Assembly: GCA_030390025.1 (NCBI GenBank)
Contig: JASTWF010000069.1
Coordinates: 744,001-808,000, forward strand
Source of the DNA: Squalus acanthias
Lineage: Eukaryota
Direction of reading: 5' to 3'
DNA length: 64,000 nt
A program made the translations under genes and the position numbers. Below the pieces are notes generated by a model. That model saw nothing but the letters and a program-made list of their open reading frames with translations, was not told where the DNA came from and ran no database searches. How positions within the stretch are numbered: the stretch's first letter is position 1; each line of letters begins with the position of its first letter. Below are positions 61,715-64,000 of the stretch, in pieces.

Positions 61715-62429
61715 TGTCCACTCCCCGATATTTCATCAACTTCTCACTCTCAAGGTCTGAAAGAGAAAGGAGTTAATGAGACCTCACCTCTTGCCCGACA
61801 GCTCTCGAGAGATCAAAACTGCTTTGAGACAATGTCCTCATGGAATAATTTGACTCACTGTGGGATGATAGGTGCTCTGCAGTGAGTTACAAGGCTTTAA
61901 GAAAGAAAAACAAAGAAATACTTGCATTTCTCCAGCACCTTTCACCACCTCAGGACGTCCCAAAGTGCTTCACAGCCAATGAAGTACTTCTTACAGTGTA
62001 GTCACTGTTGTAATGTAGGAAATGCAGCAGCCAAATGGCACACAGCAAGATCCCACGGACAGCGATGGGATAAACGATCAGACAGTCTGTTCTTGATGTT
62101 ACCGACACTCACTGCTTGGGCTGAATGGCCTCTTCCTGTGCTGCACCCTCTGTGTATTCAACTTTAAATGTTGATGCGTAGCAGTGAGTTAAATCAGGAA
62201 GCTGTGTACCAGTGAGATAACATCACTTTGTCCGGCCTTATAAGAAAACTGTTAACCCTTTGAGTCCTGACACTCTGAAGTTATTTCTGCTCGAAGCTGG
62301 GCAGACGTTGCCATGGAGTTTCCACCGGGGCTCAGTCAGTTTAGCTCTCTCTCTTTCTCTCCCTCTCCCTCTCTCTCTCCCTCACCCTCTCCTCTGAGTC
62401 AGAAGGTTCTGGGCTCAGAGACTGTTGAA

Positions 62430-63310
62430 TGATGCTGGTTGAGGGATAAATATTGGCCCCAGGACACCGGGAAGAACTCCTCCTGCTCTTCTTCAAAATA
62501 TTGGCCCTGGGATCTTTTACGTCCACCTGAGAGAGCAGACAGGGCATCGGTTTAACATCTCATCTGAAAGACGGCACCTCCGACAGTACAGCACTGACCC
62601 TCCGACAGTCCGGCGCTCCCTCAGTACTGCCCCTCCGACAGTGCGGTGCTCCCTCAGTGCTGCCCCTCTGACAGTGCGGCGCTCCCTCAGTATTGACCCT
62701 CCGACAGTGCAGCGCTCCCCCAGTACTGCCCCTCTGACAGTGCGGCGCTCCCTCAGTTCTGCCCCTCCGACATTGGGGTGCTCCCTCAGTACTGCCCCTC
62801 CGACAGTGCGGCACTCCCTCAGTACTGACCCTCCGACAGTGCAGTGCTCCCTCAATACTGCCCCTCCGACAGTACGGCGCTCCCTCAGTACTGCCCCTCC
62901 GACACTGCGGCGCTCCCTCAGTACTGACCCTCCGACAGTGCAGCGCTCCCTCAGTACTGCCCCTCCGACAGTGCGGTGCTCCCTCAGTACTGCCCCTCCG
63001 ACAGTGCGGCGCTCCCTCAGTACTGCCCCTCCGACAGTGCGGCACTCCCTCAGTACTGACCCTCCGACAGTGCAGTGCTCCCTCAGTACTGCCCCTCCGA
63101 CAGTGCGCCGCTCCCTCAGTACTGCCCCTTCGACAGTGCAGTGCTCCCTCAGTACTGCCCCTCCGACAGTGCGGCGCTCCCTCTGTCCTGGCACCATGAG
63201 TCTCGGCCTGGATTATGTGTTGAAGTCTCTGGAGTGAGGCCTTGAAACCACAACCTTCTGACTCAGAGGCGAGAGTGAGAAAGAGAGAGTGATGAACCCC
63301 CTGAGCTACA
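62430..63310 (-). mobile_element. DeuSINE-type SINE with a 33-bp minisatellite expansion (62575-63183)
   Basis: Head near 63200-63310, array, then the core GGTGCCGTCTTTCAGATGAGATGTTAAACCG on the - strand. Confidence 0.8.
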
Positions 63311-63494
63311 ACTGCCACAGGATAGATTGAGGATTGTGTTAGGAACAGAGAACCCAGTCTGGCCTTGAGTTGATAAAGGGAAGTCTTTCAATTTTAGTTT
63401 ATTTTTTAAAGGAGAAATAATCTCAAATGGAATATAGGATCTGTCATTATGTTGTGTGAAATTTCTTTCCTTCCTATTTCTCAATCGTAATCTC

Positions 63495-64000
63495 TAACAA
63501 CGGATTCCGGAACAAGGGTGCAGAATCTTAAAATAACATCTAGGCTGCTCAGGGCTGATGTCAGGAAGCACGTCTTCACACAAAGGGTGGTGGAAATCTG
63601 GAACACTCTCCACAAAAAGGCTGTGGATGCAGGAAGTCTTTAGAAATTGAGATTGCTAGATTTTTGTTGGTTAAGAGTGTCAAGAGATGTGGAGCAAAGG
63701 CGGGCAATTGGAGTTGACGTACAAATCAGCCATGATCGAATTGAATGGTGGAGCAGGCTCGAGGGGCTGAATGGGCCTCCTCCTGTTCCTGTGTAACAGG
63801 CTCGAGGGGCTAAAGGGGCTCCTCCTGTTCCTGTGTAACAGGCTCGAGGGGCTAATTGGGCCTCCTCCTGTTCCTGTGTAACAGGCTCGAGGGGCTGAAT
63901 GGGCCTCCTCCTGTTCCTGTGTAACAGGCTCGAGGGGCTGAATGGGCCTCCTCCTGTTCCTGCGTAACAGGCTCGAGCGGGCTGAATGGGCCACCTCCTG
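63495..64000 (+). repeat. CR1 3' end running into the 43-bp tandem repeat
   Basis: ttcacacaaagggtggtggaaatctggaac...gaatggtggagcaggctcgaggggctgaatgg then tandem copies to the window end. Confidence 0.88.

Noticed and set aside
62190-62250. ETS (CAGGAAG) and TATA-like motifs as the Siglec promoter
   Set aside because: The motifs are short and the TSS is unknown, so this cannot be supported from sequence alone.

Overview
Eukaryotic, repeat-rich vertebrate DNA. The repeat landscape (CR1 LINEs, L2-clade LINEs, DeuSINE-type SINEs, Penelope remnants) points to a cartilaginous fish; this is inferred. Nearly all long ORFs in the track are artefacts of a 33-bp minisatellite. The real content is a Siglec (sialic-acid-binding Ig-like lectin) locus that looks like a paired-receptor system. 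(1) A complete six-exon CD33-like INHIBITORY gene on the - strand: leader 61675-61714, V-set 57065-57430, C2-set 54665-54958, TM 49551-49647, cytoplasmic 48999-49080, and ITIM/ITIM-like exon 47320-47562. All splice phases are compatible and the product is 373 aa. (2) A convergently oriented ACTIVATING-type gene on the + strand, with near-identical V-C2 modules tandemly duplicated (7663-9681 and 21521-23541) and an unrelated Arg-containing TM exon with a tyrosine-free tail (25973-26166). Its leader lies outside the window. The V-C2 duplication can be explained by unequal crossover between two co-oriented CR1 copies that flank V-C2 in the inhibitory gene. Between the genes are VNTRs, a CpG-rich ~2-kb macrosatellite, an internally deleted Ty3/Gypsy element, solo LTRs, MITEs and a Penelope remnant with a minimal hammerhead ribozyme. 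All coordinates were read by eye; repeat edges are approximate.
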